Below, piece by piece: positions 20,549 through 31,147 of a stretch of 64,000 bases of DNA. The DNA is from Merismopediaceae cyanobacterium (GTDB taxonomy: Bacteria; Cyanobacteriota; Cyanobacteriia; Cyanobacteriales; Microcystaceae), in NCBI GenBank assembly GCA_942490695.1, contig CALNXU010000006.1:36092-100091 (forward strand). The letters run 5' to 3'. Position numbers and translations under genes: made by a program. The notes beneath the pieces were generated by a model. The model saw nothing but the letters and a program-made list of their open reading frames with translations, searched no databases and was not told where the DNA came from. Within the stretch, counting starts at the first letter, position 1. Each line of letters begins with the position of its first letter.

Positions 20549-22416
20549 CGGCGGCCAATCCTTACAACATCACCATCGAAGGTGGGAACAGACAAGACAA
20601 ACGGATCGGTAGAGTAAGTTAAGGCTTGTTCTTCCAAAATCCCAATGGCAATGGCTTCTCCCATCCGCAGACTGTCGTAATAATCGGTGAAGAAGTGAAC
20701 CCCAGCCATATTACGACCAATGGAGATATTGGCCGCCAACTTGTTAAGTTCTCCTTCTAGGGTTAGAAAGTCTTCCCCGCCAATCGTTTCATTCAGCACA
20801 GCATCTGGATCGGGATCAGGAACAATCGCCGGTGCGCGGTAAATTACAGCCTCATCACCCTCGGCATAGCGTTTGAATCGGATGTTTCCATCGCTGTCTT
20901 GTGCCAAAACACTTGCTGTATCAAAAAAGGCTTTTAAAATGGTGACGCAAGCCCCTGCCACCGTGGCATGACCAGCACCATAGGCGGGGTGCATGGGGGA
21001 ACCTTCTGGGAAAGCCATGGGAAGAAAATAACTATTTAAGCTAGACCCCGTTTTGGTTGCATTATGAGTTTTGATTGCGTTCAGAGTGCCATTGCTATCC
21101 AATTCAGCCGCAAACAAGTCCATATCCTGCTTCAACGTGGGCGAGACAGTGTTTTTTGCCGGGTCATCCAGGTTCTCAAAATCTTTCATTAGATGAATCC
21201 GGGCCGCCAGGGCTTCAGGGCGGAGACGGATATGGTTATTAAATTTTTGGAAGCGGACGGCTTTCAGCGCACGGGTTGAAACTTCGGTGACCAAGTTTAA
21301 AATATGAGGACCACCATATAAGGCAAATCCCCCCGCATTCCGTCGGGTTGAGCCTTTACCCGCTGCTACCCCTACGCCAGACAGATGATCAAAGCTGGGA
21401 TCAAACGGGGTTTCCATTCCCAGCAGAATCAGGCAGGCATTGAGATAGGCCTCGTACAGCGCATCATAGTGGACATAGGTAGCCAAATCACGGGGCGTTG
21501 AAATAAAACGGCGGTTGGGCACTAAACCCGCTCCGGGTTCATAAATTTCACGCGGTGGCCGTAGCCCCCGTTGTACCGCCACGTAATCAGACATGGTGAG
21601 CATGAAGTCTGTATCCGTTGCAATGGGGACTTTTTGGGAAACCTGAAGCGCACCATAGGCAATCTTGCCATCCGCAACACTGCCTGAGCCATTGAAGTCC
21701 CCGTTCCCAATGAGCAAAAATTGGGACAGATAGGGCCCCACTTCAACGCCAGGGGAAGACCCGCGAAAAACTGTCTGGGCATTCAATACACCACTGTCGT
21801 TCACTTTGCGGGAACGTCCGGTCTGATTGGTGATGTAAGGAAGGGCATTCAATCGGGCGATCGAGGCATCAATGGTGGGATTGCTTGCCAATAATTCCAG
21901 CGCATTGAATGGCTGGTCTCGGAGCACTGCCAATTCATAAACCGCTGCCATTTCCAGCACCAATTCAGGGTTAGGGGCTTCCCCCACCATCAACGGCGGA
22001 GCAGGAGGCATCGTGACCGCTTGGGCATCTGGCCCCTGTAGCTCAAACACGACCCCTGCCGTGGGCGCTTCCCATTGCCGAAAGTTCGAGGGAATATCGT
22101 CTAAAGGCACTTCCTCTATTTCGTATGTGCTACCGCTTAGTACCACGTTGTACTTTGCCCCGTGGCGAACCCGGTCAGAAAACGGATCGATAAAAGCATC
22201 ATCGATCGCCCGCCGGAATTCAACAAAATCGAGGGGATCGTGTAGCAAACCGGTATGTGGATTATGGGGTAATCCCTTGGTAAATGACATGAAATACGAG
22301 TCACCCGCATACCGCTGCTCATCCCCATTTGCTTGATGGTCAGGATGCTGGCGACTCCGGGCTAATTCAGCGGCTTCTACCCTCACCGCATAGGACTCTT
22401 GACGACGATCAGTCAT
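20545..22416 (-). CDS. Vanadium-dependent haloperoxidase (bromoperoxidase-like, PAP2 superfamily)
   Basis: Vanadate-binding motifs QKF..HIRLRPE, EGSPMHPAYGAGHA, IGRNMAGVHF; also FTKGLPH, GPYLSQF, RDLATYVH; RBS GAGG. Confidence 0.92.
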   Translation of the reverse strand: MTDRRQESYAVRVEAAELARSRQHPDHQANGDEQRYAGDSYFMSFTKGLPHNPHTGLLHDPLDFVEFRRAIDDAFIDPFSDRVRHGAKYNVVLSGSTYEIEEVPLDDIPSNFRQWEAPTAGVVFELQGPDAQAVTMPPAPPLMVGEAPNPELVLEMAAVYELAVLRDQPFNALELLASNPTIDASIARLNALPYITNQTGRSRKVNDSGVLNAQTVFRGSSPGVEVGPYLSQFLLIGNGDFNGSGSVADGKIAYGALQVSQKVPIATDTDFMLTMSDYVAVQRGLRPPREIYEPGAGLVPNRRFISTPRDLATYVHYDALYEAYLNACLILLGMETPFDPSFDHLSGVGVAAGKGSTRRNAGGFALYGGPHILNLVTEVSTRALKAVRFQKFNNHIRLRPEALAARIHLMKDFENLDDPAKNTVSPTLKQDMDLFAAELDSNGTLNAIKTHNATKTGSSLNSYFLPMAFPEGSPMHPAYGAGHATVAGACVTILKAFFDTASVLAQDSDGNIRFKRYAEGDEAVIYRAPAIVPDPDPDAVLNETIGGEDFLTLEGELNKLAANISIGRNMAGVHFFTDYYDSLRMGEAIAIGILEEQALTYSTDPFVLSVPTFDGDVVRIGRR

Positions 22417-22648
22417 GATGACTTCCTCAAATTAAGACGTAAAAAGTAATGAATAATTAGATTTGGCAGCTCTCAGGAATAGGGGGTATCTCCGCCGCTA
22501 CTCTAAGTAAGTTCGATTAGTCGGCTTTTTGTAACAACGACAGCCCTAGCCTAAGGTTGCAATGGTTAACTCCAGACCCTAGCAGATTGCTTTACAATGC
22601 AGTTTGGACTTTTAGCGTTTACTCAAACTCTGCACAGTTGCTACTGCT

Positions 22649-23161
22649 ATGGATACTCTGCCCTATTTGCAATGGTCAATTTATGCCACACTTGCCGCTT
22701 TCGGGGTGATGGTGCTGGCATTTATTTTTAAATGGGGATTCCGCTTCCGCATGGTGGGGATCACCAGCTTCATGACAGTGCTGAGCATCGGCATCTTTGG
22801 CTTGGGTTTGGGACTATTTGACCACTCGGCGGTGGAAGGTGCAGTCCGCTTTAGCCGTGTGTATGACAATGGGGCAAACCAAATTGTCATTATTGTGCCC
22901 ACCAGCATTAACCAGCCAGAACTCGAAGCGACCCTACAGCAAGCCTCCAAAACCTACTTTTCTTTAGGTCGTATTTCCACCGATGGTCGTGAAGACATGG
23001 TGGTCAGAGCACGAACACTGATTCATCCTGAAGCAGGCGTGACTAAACCATTATATCTTGGCGAAGCACGACGGACATTGGGAACCAGGGAGCAAAATGG
23101 GGTTGAGATTCGCGTTAATGCTCCAGCTCTCCGGGCCTTACAACAAGATCAGGCGGCTTAA
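22649..23161 (+). CDS. ycf51: Ycf51-family protein (DUF2518)
   Basis: [35 protein letters not shown]. Confidence 0.85.
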   Translation: MDTLPYLQWSIYATLAAFGVMVLAFIFKWGFRFRMVGITSFMTVLSIGIFGLGLGLFDHSAVEGAVRFSRVYDNGANQIVIIVPTSINQPELEATLQQASKTYFSLGRISTDGREDMVVRARTLIHPEAGVTKPLYLGEARRTLGTREQNGVEIRVNAPALRALQQDQAA

Positions 23162-23185
23162 TGGGGTTTTTTCTTCAAGAGATAT

Positions 23186-25021
23186 ATGAAAGATTTTTTT
23201 AAACAGGCGGTCGCGAGCTTTGTTGGTACTATTGCGGCGATCGGATTATTAGTTAGCCTCAGTACTGCGGGGGGAATCTTGTTATTGTTGCTGCTCTCTG
23301 TGGACAATGACCCGGTTGTCGAATCCAAAACGGCGTTAGTGCTAGACCTGGGAACGCCAATTCGTGACACGAATCCCCCCCTTAATCTCCGGGCAGCTTT
23401 GGCGCGTTCAGAAGAAGAGATATTACCATTACGGGAGGTGGTCACCGCCATTGAGGCCGCCGCTGAAGACGACCGTATCACCACCCTATTTATTGATGGC
23501 CGCCGAGGCAATCGTGTCAGTGGCTATAGCAACCTGAGTGAAATACGGCAGGCGCTGCAGACTTTTAAAGCATCGGGGAAATCCATCATTGCCTATGGGG
23601 TGAATTGGAGTGAGACGGGTTATTATCTCGCCTCGATCGCTGACAAGGTTTTAATCAATCCAATGGGGGGTATTGAACTCAATGGTTTGGGAACCCAGCC
23701 AATGTTTTATGCGGGGGCGTTTGAGAAATATGGCATTGGGGTTCAAACCGTCCGGGTAGGCAGCTTCAAAGGGGCCATCGAACCTTTTACCCGTCAAGAT
23801 CTTAGCCCCGAAAACCGTCAACAACAACAGGCGTTACTGGATGAACTGTGGCAGAATTACCGCGAAACGGTGGCCCAGAAGCGCAATGTCACTCCGACGG
23901 ATATCCAGGCGATCGCCGATAACCAGGGATTAATTATGGCCGATGCGGCCAAAACCGCTGGCTTGGTGGACGAGGTGCAGTATTGGGACGAAGTCTTAGA
24001 CGCATTTAAAGTGGCTGGGGTGTTTATGGTGCTGCCGGCGGATATGGATGAAGACAAAGAGGACGGCAAAGCGTTTCGTCAGGTCAGCATCAAAAATTAT
24101 CACGCGGCCCTGGAGGCAGACCAAGAAGTAGATGAAAACGCCCCGACAATTGCGGTGCTCTATCTGGATGGAGCCATTGTGAATGGCAAAGGTACCTTAA
24201 ATACGGTCGGGAGCGAGCGGTATGCGGCCTTTATCCGTAAGCTACAAGCTGAAGACGACATTAAAGCGGTGGTATTACGCATCAATAGCCCCGGCGGGAG
24301 TGCTAGTGCAGCCGACATTATTTGGCGGGAAGTGGAATTATTACAACAACAAAAGCCCGTCATTGTGTCCATGGGGAACGTGGCGGCTTCTGGCGGGTAT
24401 TGGATTGCCACCGGGGCGGAAAAAATCCTTGCCCAGCCCAACACCATCACCGGCTCCATTGGTGTGTTTAGTGTGCTGTTTAATATTGAAACCCTAGGCG
24501 ATCGCCTGGGGTTAGCCTGGGATGAGGTCGAAACGGCTGAACTAGCAACGCTGGGGTCAACGGTTACCCCCAAAACGCCCTTGGAGCTAGCGGTCTTTCA
24601 GCGGGCCGCCAATCAAGTGTATGACACCTTCCTCGATAAAGTGGCAATCTCACGGGACTTGTCTAAACCCCAGGTAGAACAGGTCGCCCAAGGCCGGGTC
24701 TGGAGTGGTAAAGCGGCCAAACAAGTGGGATTAGTGGATCAGTTAGGGGGGCTGGAAATGGCGATCACCGAAGCCGCCGCCTCGGCCGAGTTAGGCGACA
24801 CCTGGCAAGTGGACACCTATCCTGCCCGTAAAAACCTAGAATCCCTGCTTCTGGAGAGTCTCAATAACAGCTTGCACACTGGGCTTGCCCAAGATTCCCC
24901 ATTACCCAAGCCCCTAGAAGCCGCCTGGCAACAATTGGGGAATGAATGGCAGCTACTTGATGAGTTTACTGACCCCCAAGGCATTTATGCCCGTTTACCC
25001 TTTCTTGTCCCGCTAAAATAA
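23186..25021 (+). CDS. sppA: Signal peptide peptidase SppA (protease IV, 67K type)
   Basis: [38 protein letters not shown]. Confidence 0.96.
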   Translation: MKDFFKQAVASFVGTIAAIGLLVSLSTAGGILLLLLLSVDNDPVVESKTALVLDLGTPIRDTNPPLNLRAALARSEEEILPLREVVTAIEAAAEDDRITTLFIDGRRGNRVSGYSNLSEIRQALQTFKASGKSIIAYGVNWSETGYYLASIADKVLINPMGGIELNGLGTQPMFYAGAFEKYGIGVQTVRVGSFKGAIEPFTRQDLSPENRQQQQALLDELWQNYRETVAQKRNVTPTDIQAIADNQGLIMADAAKTAGLVDEVQYWDEVLDAFKVAGVFMVLPADMDEDKEDGKAFRQVSIKNYHAALEADQEVDENAPTIAVLYLDGAIVNGKGTLNTVGSERYAAFIRKLQAEDDIKAVVLRINSPGGSASAADIIWREVELLQQQKPVIVSMGNVAASGGYWIATGAEKILAQPNTITGSIGVFSVLFNIETLGDRLGLAWDEVETAELATLGSTVTPKTPLELAVFQRAANQVYDTFLDKVAISRDLSKPQVEQVAQGRVWSGKAAKQVGLVDQLGGLEMAITEAAASAELGDTWQVDTYPARKNLESLLLESLNNSLHTGLAQDSPLPKPLEAAWQQLGNEWQLLDEFTDPQGIYARLPFLVPLK

Positions 25022-25077
25022 TCGCCGTGGGAAAATAAAACCGCCATATTTAATTTCCCCTAGGAGATGTCGTTACT

Positions 25078-26277
25078 GTGCAATGTCGTGTGTGTGATTC
25101 TTCCCGCCTAGCGCTAGCGGTGGATTTGGGGCTACAACCCTGGTGCAATCATTTCCTCAAACCGGAAGAAGTCAACCAGGAACCTTACTACCCGCTGCGG
25201 GTGATGTATTGCCACGATTGTAGTACTGCGCAATTGGATTACACCGTCAAAAAAGAAATCATGTTTGGGGACCATACCTATCTATCGGGTATCACCCGCT
25301 CTTTGAGTGCCCACTTTGAACAGGTCGCCCAGAAAGTGGATCAGCGTTTTTTGGCCACCCAAACCCAAAAATCCGTGTTGGACATTGGCTCCAACGATGG
25401 CACCCAATTGAAGCATTTTAAGGCCTTGGGCTATGACGTTTTAGGCGTCGAATCGTCCAAAACCACCGCCCAGATTGCCAACGAGGCAGGCATTCCCACC
25501 GTTAATGAATTTTTCAACTTAACCGTTGCGGAACAACTTAATCGACAGTTTTCAGTTATCAATGCTGCTGGAGTTTTTTTTCACCTCGAAGAACTCCATT
25601 CCGTCACGGCCGGGATTAAACAGGCCCTAGCCCCCGACGGCGTGTTTGTGGTGCAGTTTCTGTACATGAAACGCATCATGGAAAATTTAGCATTTGATCA
25701 GATTTATCATGAGCACTTGTTGTACTACAACCTAAAAACGGTTGAAACCCTGTTACAGCGCCACGGACTCACTCTGTTCGATGCTTATCTTTCCCCTATT
25801 CATGGTGGGTCAATTATTGGGTTTGTCACCCATCAGGGCAAACGACCGTTCTCGTCCCGTTTAAAAGCCATGTGCCAAGCAGAAGACATAGAAAAAGCCA
25901 ATGACTACGCCACGTACCTGGACTTTGCCCAACGCATTGAGCAGATGAAGGCAGAAAATTTAGCTTACCTAGCCGCAGCGAAACAAGCCGGAAAGACGGT
26001 TTGGGGCTTTGGAGCACCCGTTAAAGGCAATACCTTGTTGAATTATTTTGGGATTGGAACCCAATATTTGGATTACCTAGTGGAAAAAAACGAATTACGA
26101 CGGGGCTTAATTTCCCCTGGCATGCATATTCCACTGGTTATTGAAAATGAGCTAACTAGCCTGCCGGATATTTATTATGTCCTCGCCTGGAATTTTAAAC
26201 GAGAAATATTAGCCAATAATCAAGCCCTAGTGGATCAGGGTGTAGAATTCTTTTTTCCGGTCAATCCCCGGGACTAG
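25078..26277 (+). CDS. SAM-dependent NDP-hexose C-methyltransferase family protein
   Basis: N-terminal CRVC..CHDC zinc site, LDIGSNDG, FDQIYHEH, HGGS, GAPVKGNTLLN, LAWNF. Confidence 0.88.
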   Translation: MQCRVCDSSRLALAVDLGLQPWCNHFLKPEEVNQEPYYPLRVMYCHDCSTAQLDYTVKKEIMFGDHTYLSGITRSLSAHFEQVAQKVDQRFLATQTQKSVLDIGSNDGTQLKHFKALGYDVLGVESSKTTAQIANEAGIPTVNEFFNLTVAEQLNRQFSVINAAGVFFHLEELHSVTAGIKQALAPDGVFVVQFLYMKRIMENLAFDQIYHEHLLYYNLKTVETLLQRHGLTLFDAYLSPIHGGSIIGFVTHQGKRPFSSRLKAMCQAEDIEKANDYATYLDFAQRIEQMKAENLAYLAAAKQAGKTVWGFGAPVKGNTLLNYFGIGTQYLDYLVEKNELRRGLISPGMHIPLVIENELTSLPDIYYVLAWNFKREILANNQALVDQGVEFFFPVNPRD

Positions 26278-26335
26278 TTTCTAAAAGAGTGATGGATAGC
26301 TAAAAGCTTCGATTTGAAAGAATCACAGCCATTGT

Positions 26336-27074
26336 ATGGACTACGCCGCCTTAGTGGCCGACCGTAGAGCCTATCGCCAGTATTTGGATGAGCAGATTGA
26401 GCAGCACCCAGAACTCTTTCCCGTAGACATCCAGCAAGGCTATCGCTTCCATGGGCTAGTGCGCTCGCTGCGCCAACAATTGGAGACCCGTCGGATTTAT
26501 CTATTCAGGAGCCATGCAGTGAAAAACACACACGTTGGCTCAAACAGCGGATTTATCTGGCGGTGACCGCCGCCAGAGGCAACCATCTGAGCCTCAGTGC
26601 TGGCAATGAGGGGTTGAAAGCGGCCTATGGGGTGTTCCAATGCGTCGGTTCCTGGAATGGGTGACGCTGCGAGACCTGCCTCAGGCGGTCAAACAACGGC
26701 TCCTACGGCTACGAAACAAGTCGAACTGCTTCCAGCGGGCCTATGACTTCCCTGGAGCCTATCGCACCAGCAATCAAGTGGACCGGCCCATGAACTATCT
26801 GGACTGTATCCTCTATGCCCTGCAGGGTTTTCACGGCACTTGGCAGTCGGCACAGCAGGAAGTGCGGGCGATGGCACTCTTGTGGAATTTTCATCCTTTT
26901 TGTCGTATTTGTCGTAAAACCAAAACGCAAAAAGAGGGCTGTCTATGTCCCTTTGAACAACTCAATGGGTTTCGCTATCACGATGATTGGATGCGCAATT
27001 TCCTCATCGCATCATCCCTCAATGGCAGGAGACCGCTCACTAAATTACCGCACACAAACTAATGTAGAACCAGG
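26336..27074 (+). mobile_element. Degenerate transposase (internally deleted IS remnant)
   Basis: Fragments HPELFP..GYRFHG and AYRTSNQVDRPMNY..FH..RAMALLWNFHP..LNGFRYHDDW in different frames; possible end ..GTAGAACCAGG at 27074. Confidence 0.65.
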
Positions 27075-27378
27075 ATTATTTATCCCTCATGCTGTCTGTG
27101 CTCTATTCCTTTGATAAGTTTCTTTTTCGCTGCCCCATAGCTGTCACTGGTCACCGCTGCTGATTGGGTATTGAGAAGGATGCCCCAAATCAACAGAACA
27201 AACCACCTGAAGCCGGCCTCCGGGCTAAAGGCTGGGCATAACTCTCCTACAATTTACTCAAGACGCTGTGATAGCTCCATAATATTGCTGGCTGACACTT
27301 GGTATATCAGTCAGCTCTGGGCATGACGGGTCGTTACCTGACTGGTTTAGGCTATCCCCCATTACCCATTCCCCAAAA

Positions 27379-28563
27379 ATGAAAATCGTTTCTATCAAGA
27401 TTAAAAATTATCGTGTCTTTGAAAATATAGAAATCAAGAATATTCCAGCCTTCTGTGTCATCATCGGAGCCAACGGCACCGGAAAATCAACTTTATTTGA
27501 CATTTTTGGCTTTCTTCGCGATGCCTTAAAAAATAACATTCGCCAAGCCTTGCAAATTCGTGGTGGATTTAATGAAGTTGTCACCCGAGGGAAAGAACAA
27601 GAAAACATTGAAATTGAACTCAAATTTCGCATGGAAATCCTTGGCACAGAACGCTTAGTGACCTATGTGTTGATTGTCGGGCAAGACAAAAGAAGACCAA
27701 TCGTAAAGCGAGAGATTTTACGCTACAAACGTGGCGAATATGGTTCCCCCTATCACTTCCTAGATTTTCAAGAAGGGAAAGGCTATGCCATCAAAAACGA
27801 AGAAGATTTTAAGAGTGATGAAGAACTAGAGCGAGAGGAGCAAGAACTTGAATCTGCCGATATTTTAGCCATTAAAGGCCTAGGACAATTCCAACGTTTT
27901 AAAGCCGCTAATGCCTTCCGTTTATTAATAGAAAACTGGCACGTTTCCGATTTCCATATCAGTGATGCCAGAGGCAGCAAAGATGCACTTTATGCCGAAC
28001 ACCTTTCCCCCACAGGGGACAACATAGCGATTGTTGCTCAATATATCTACCAGGAATATTCCGACATATTCGAGCAAATCTTACAGCGAATGCAAGCACG
28101 GGTTCCCGGCATATCAAAAGTCGAAGCCAAAAATACCGAAGACGGCAGACTAATTCTAAAATTTCAAGACCAAGCCTTTAAAGATCCGTTCATTGATCGC
28201 TATGTATCTGACGGCACAATGAAAATGTTTGCCTATCTAATCCTACTTTTCGACCCCAAACCCCATCCCCTATTGTGTGTCGAAGAACCCGAAAACCAAC
28301 TCTATCCCAGCCTTTTAAGAGATCTTGCCGAAGAATTTGATAGCTATGCCCATCGCGGAGGACAAGTCTTTGTTTCGACTCACTCTCCTGACTTTTTAAA
28401 TGCTGTTCCCCTAGACAGTATCTTTTGGTTAATGAAAGAACAAGGCATTACCAAAATACAAAAAGCCACCGATAGCGAAACCCTCAGAAACTTAGTCGAT
28501 GCAGGCGATCTCCCTGGTTATCTCTGGAATCAAGGCTGGTTTGAAGGAGTTGCCCCCGAATGA
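27379..28563 (+). CDS. AAA_21/ABC-type (OLD-like) ATPase
   Basis: IKIKNYRVF, IGANGTGKST, VSDGT, CVEEPENQLYP, VSTHSP. Confidence 0.9.
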   Translation: MKIVSIKIKNYRVFENIEIKNIPAFCVIIGANGTGKSTLFDIFGFLRDALKNNIRQALQIRGGFNEVVTRGKEQENIEIELKFRMEILGTERLVTYVLIVGQDKRRPIVKREILRYKRGEYGSPYHFLDFQEGKGYAIKNEEDFKSDEELEREEQELESADILAIKGLGQFQRFKAANAFRLLIENWHVSDFHISDARGSKDALYAEHLSPTGDNIAIVAQYIYQEYSDIFEQILQRMQARVPGISKVEAKNTEDGRLILKFQDQAFKDPFIDRYVSDGTMKMFAYLILLFDPKPHPLLCVEEPENQLYPSLLRDLAEEFDSYAHRGGQVFVSTHSPDFLNAVPLDSIFWLMKEQGITKIQKATDSETLRNLVDAGDLPGYLWNQGWFEGVAPE

Positions 28564-29144
28564 GTTATGACCTAATTTTTTTACTAGAAGAACCTTCCAT
28601 TAAGAATGTTTTAGTTGAGCTTTTACCAAAAGTGATTCCGGCTGGACTTAGCTATAAATGCATTCCCCACCAAGGCAAACAAGATCTCGCTAAATCTATC
28701 CCCAATAAAATCAAAGCCTTCCGTTTCAGCCCTGCCACAAAATTTGTGATTGTCCATGATCAAGATTCCCATGAGTGTAAACAACTAAAAGTTGAATTAT
28801 CTCAAATTTGTCAGAGGGCAGGAAAGCCAGACATATTAATTCGGATTATTTGCCGTGAACTAGAATCTTGGTTTCTTGGTGATCTTGCCGCTGTCGAAAA
28901 AGCCTATCAACTCCCATCCGAAAGCCTCAGCAAAAGACAAAACCAAAAGAAGTATCGCGACCCAGATGGACTCAACTCCGCTAAACAAGAACTCATAAAG
29001 CTTGTTGACGAATACAAATACGAATACTATGCCGGAACCCACTCCAAGGCGATCGCCCCTCATTTATCCCTAACTGAAAACAAATCTCGCAGCTTTCACA
29101 TTTTTCTAGATGGCATTAAACAACTAATTCATGAAAAATCATGA
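28560..29144 (+). CDS. DUF4276-family TOPRIM-like protein
   Basis: FLLEEPS, GKQDL, VHDQD (DxD), ELESWFLGD, NKSRSF; ATGA overlap with the ATPase. Confidence 0.82.
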   Translation: MSYDLIFLLEEPSIKNVLVELLPKVIPAGLSYKCIPHQGKQDLAKSIPNKIKAFRFSPATKFVIVHDQDSHECKQLKVELSQICQRAGKPDILIRIICRELESWFLGDLAAVEKAYQLPSESLSKRQNQKKYRDPDGLNSAKQELIKLVDEYKYEYYAGTHSKAIAPHLSLTENKSRSFHIFLDGIKQLIHEKS

Positions 29145-29378
29145 CCCGAACAGGAACTAGAACAAAATCTGATCCGACACCTGACTGGTTTAGGCTATAA
29201 ATCCGTTACTATCCGTAACGCCGAAGCATTGCATGCCAACCTAAAAACCCCACTCGAAAAACACCATAATACTCAACTCAGCGACGACGAATTTAAATGA
29301 GTCCTCAACCATCTCGACAAAGGCAATCTCTTTGACCGTGCTGAACGTCTTCGCGACAGAATGGAACTCAGCCGTGAC
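29145..29378 (+). pseudogene. 5' remnant of type I restriction subunit HsdR
   Basis: PEQELEQNLIRHLTGLGYKSVTIRNAEALHANLKTPLEKHH..LSDDEFK*VLNHLDKGNLFDRAERLRD resembles an EcoR124-like HsdR N-terminus; TGA at 29298. Confidence 0.72.
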
Positions 29379-29452
29379 TTGCCCGGTATAAAGACAGTTT
29401 TAGTTATATTTGGGCTTGAAATGAGCTAAAGTCCCATTAATTAGTCATTGCC

Positions 29453-30310
29453 ATGGAAAAATTATCCCAACTTATTGAAAAAAATCAGCGCTTGGCGCTA
29501 GCACTTAAGGTACAGCAGGAAATCAATGCGAGCCAGCGGTGTTTTTTAGCTCGCGTTGCCCACGAGCTTCGATCGCCATTGAGTAGCGTGATGAGCTTGC
29601 AGCAATTAATCTTGAATGATCTATGTGACTCCCCTGCGGAAGAAAAGACATTTATAGCGGATAGTTATCAGGCGTCTCAGCAACTATTAGCGATGTTGGA
29701 GATTGTAGGGATGGTGGCAAAGCTTAGCTATGGTTCTCTGACAGTAAAAATTGAAGCGTTAGAAATTCAAGACTTATTCCAAGAACTGCACGCTTTGGCG
29801 GCATTACCCATTCAAAATAAAAATTTTCGCTTGACGATTCGTGACCCTGGCACGGCAATTGAAATTCACGGCGATCGCCAAAAGCTGCTGTGGGCTTTTC
29901 GTAATCTAATAGATGGTGCGTTGATGGCAACGACGGTAACCACCGGTGAAGTGTTCATTGCGGTTGAACAACCAGCTTCTGATGCGGTGGGGGTAGCGTT
30001 TAACCTGACCCTACCCTGCCCAGGCGAGGTCTGGCAATTGGAAGAAAACGAGACTGAGAGAATGCTGGCAACCAAGATTTTTCCAGATCTACTCCCGACC
30101 CAGCCTGAGTTTTTCGACTTTTCTCCCCCGATACGCTATTCTCTGGCTCAATCTGTTTTATCGAAAATGGCTGGCCAAATTGAGATCAAACCACAGACAG
30201 CCGTTAACTCCAATGCCACTAACACTAGCTGCACGGTGCAAATAACGCTTTTAAGTGAGCCTTTATCCAAATGGTTTAGGTTGGTGTCGGTTACCCAAGA
30301 TTATGCCTAA
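29453..30310 (+). CDS. Sensor-less histidine kinase-like protein (HisKA, degenerate ATPase domain)
   Basis: H-box FLARVAHELRSPL; N-box-like AFRNLIDGA; no clear G boxes. Confidence 0.75.
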   Translation: MEKLSQLIEKNQRLALALKVQQEINASQRCFLARVAHELRSPLSSVMSLQQLILNDLCDSPAEEKTFIADSYQASQQLLAMLEIVGMVAKLSYGSLTVKIEALEIQDLFQELHALAALPIQNKNFRLTIRDPGTAIEIHGDRQKLLWAFRNLIDGALMATTVTTGEVFIAVEQPASDAVGVAFNLTLPCPGEVWQLEENETERMLATKIFPDLLPTQPEFFDFSPPIRYSLAQSVLSKMAGQIEIKPQTAVNSNATNTSCTVQITLLSEPLSKWFRLVSVTQDYA

Positions 30311-31079
30311 GCTAAGCGTGGAAAATCGGTAGGGGGAACATCTTGCCAACGACCATTGCCCACTGCCTGAATAGCTTCTGGGAGCTTTACAGCACCGGTA
30401 TACAATGCTTTTCCGATAATAACCCCGTTAACGCCTAAACTTTCGAGGCCCAGTAGGTTTAATAAATCCCGGAGTTGACTGACCCCCCCTGAGGCAATGA
30501 CGGGAATGGTCAATTGACTAGCAAGGGCTTTGAGGGCCTCCAAGTTTGGAGGCCTGTCAGGGTTCCATCGCGATAAATATCGGTATAAATAATGGCAGCG
30601 GCCCCTTGTTTTTCCATATCCTGCGCCAAGGCAATCGCCTCTATTTCTGAGGTCTCTAACCATCCCCGAGTCGCCACCTTACCATTGCGGGCGTCAATGC
30701 CCACTACAATTTTGCCGGGAAATTCCGCACAAAGCTGACCCACTAGCTCAGGATTTTCGACTGCCACTGTCCCTAAAATGATGCGTTGTACCCCCAGATC
30801 TAATAACTGTTTTACTCGGTCACGGTTCCGGAGACCGCCCCCGACCTGCACCGGAATGGATAGGGCTTCCACAATCGCGGCGATCGCCGCAAGATTAACG
30901 GGTTCTCCCGCTTTGGCCCCATCGAGATCCACCAAATGAAGGCAGCTTGCTCCCTGAGCCTGCCATTTTTGTGCCACAATCACCGGGTTCTTGTGATAAA
31001 CCTGGGATTGTTGGTAATCCCCTTGAAACAGCCGGACACATTGACCGCCTAGCAAATCGATCGCCGGTAGAATATCCAT
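30307..31079 (-). CDS. hisA: HisA phosphoribosylformimino-AICAR-P isomerase, frameshift near 30550
   Basis: [38 protein letters not shown] in ORF 30510-31079; [21 protein letters not shown] in ORF 30307-30663. Confidence 0.92.
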
Positions 31080-31147
31080 AGTGTTGAGGTCTCGAAGATC
31101 ATGTTCTCAATTGAAGCCAAAGAAGCAAATAATAAACTGCGCTTTGC

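Larger units (their letters stand above)
27336..29198 (+). repeat. 20-bp direct repeat ACCTGACTGGTTTAGGCTAT bracketing the ATPase/DUF4276 pair
   Basis: Exact copies at 27336-27355 and 29179-29198. Confidence 0.85.
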
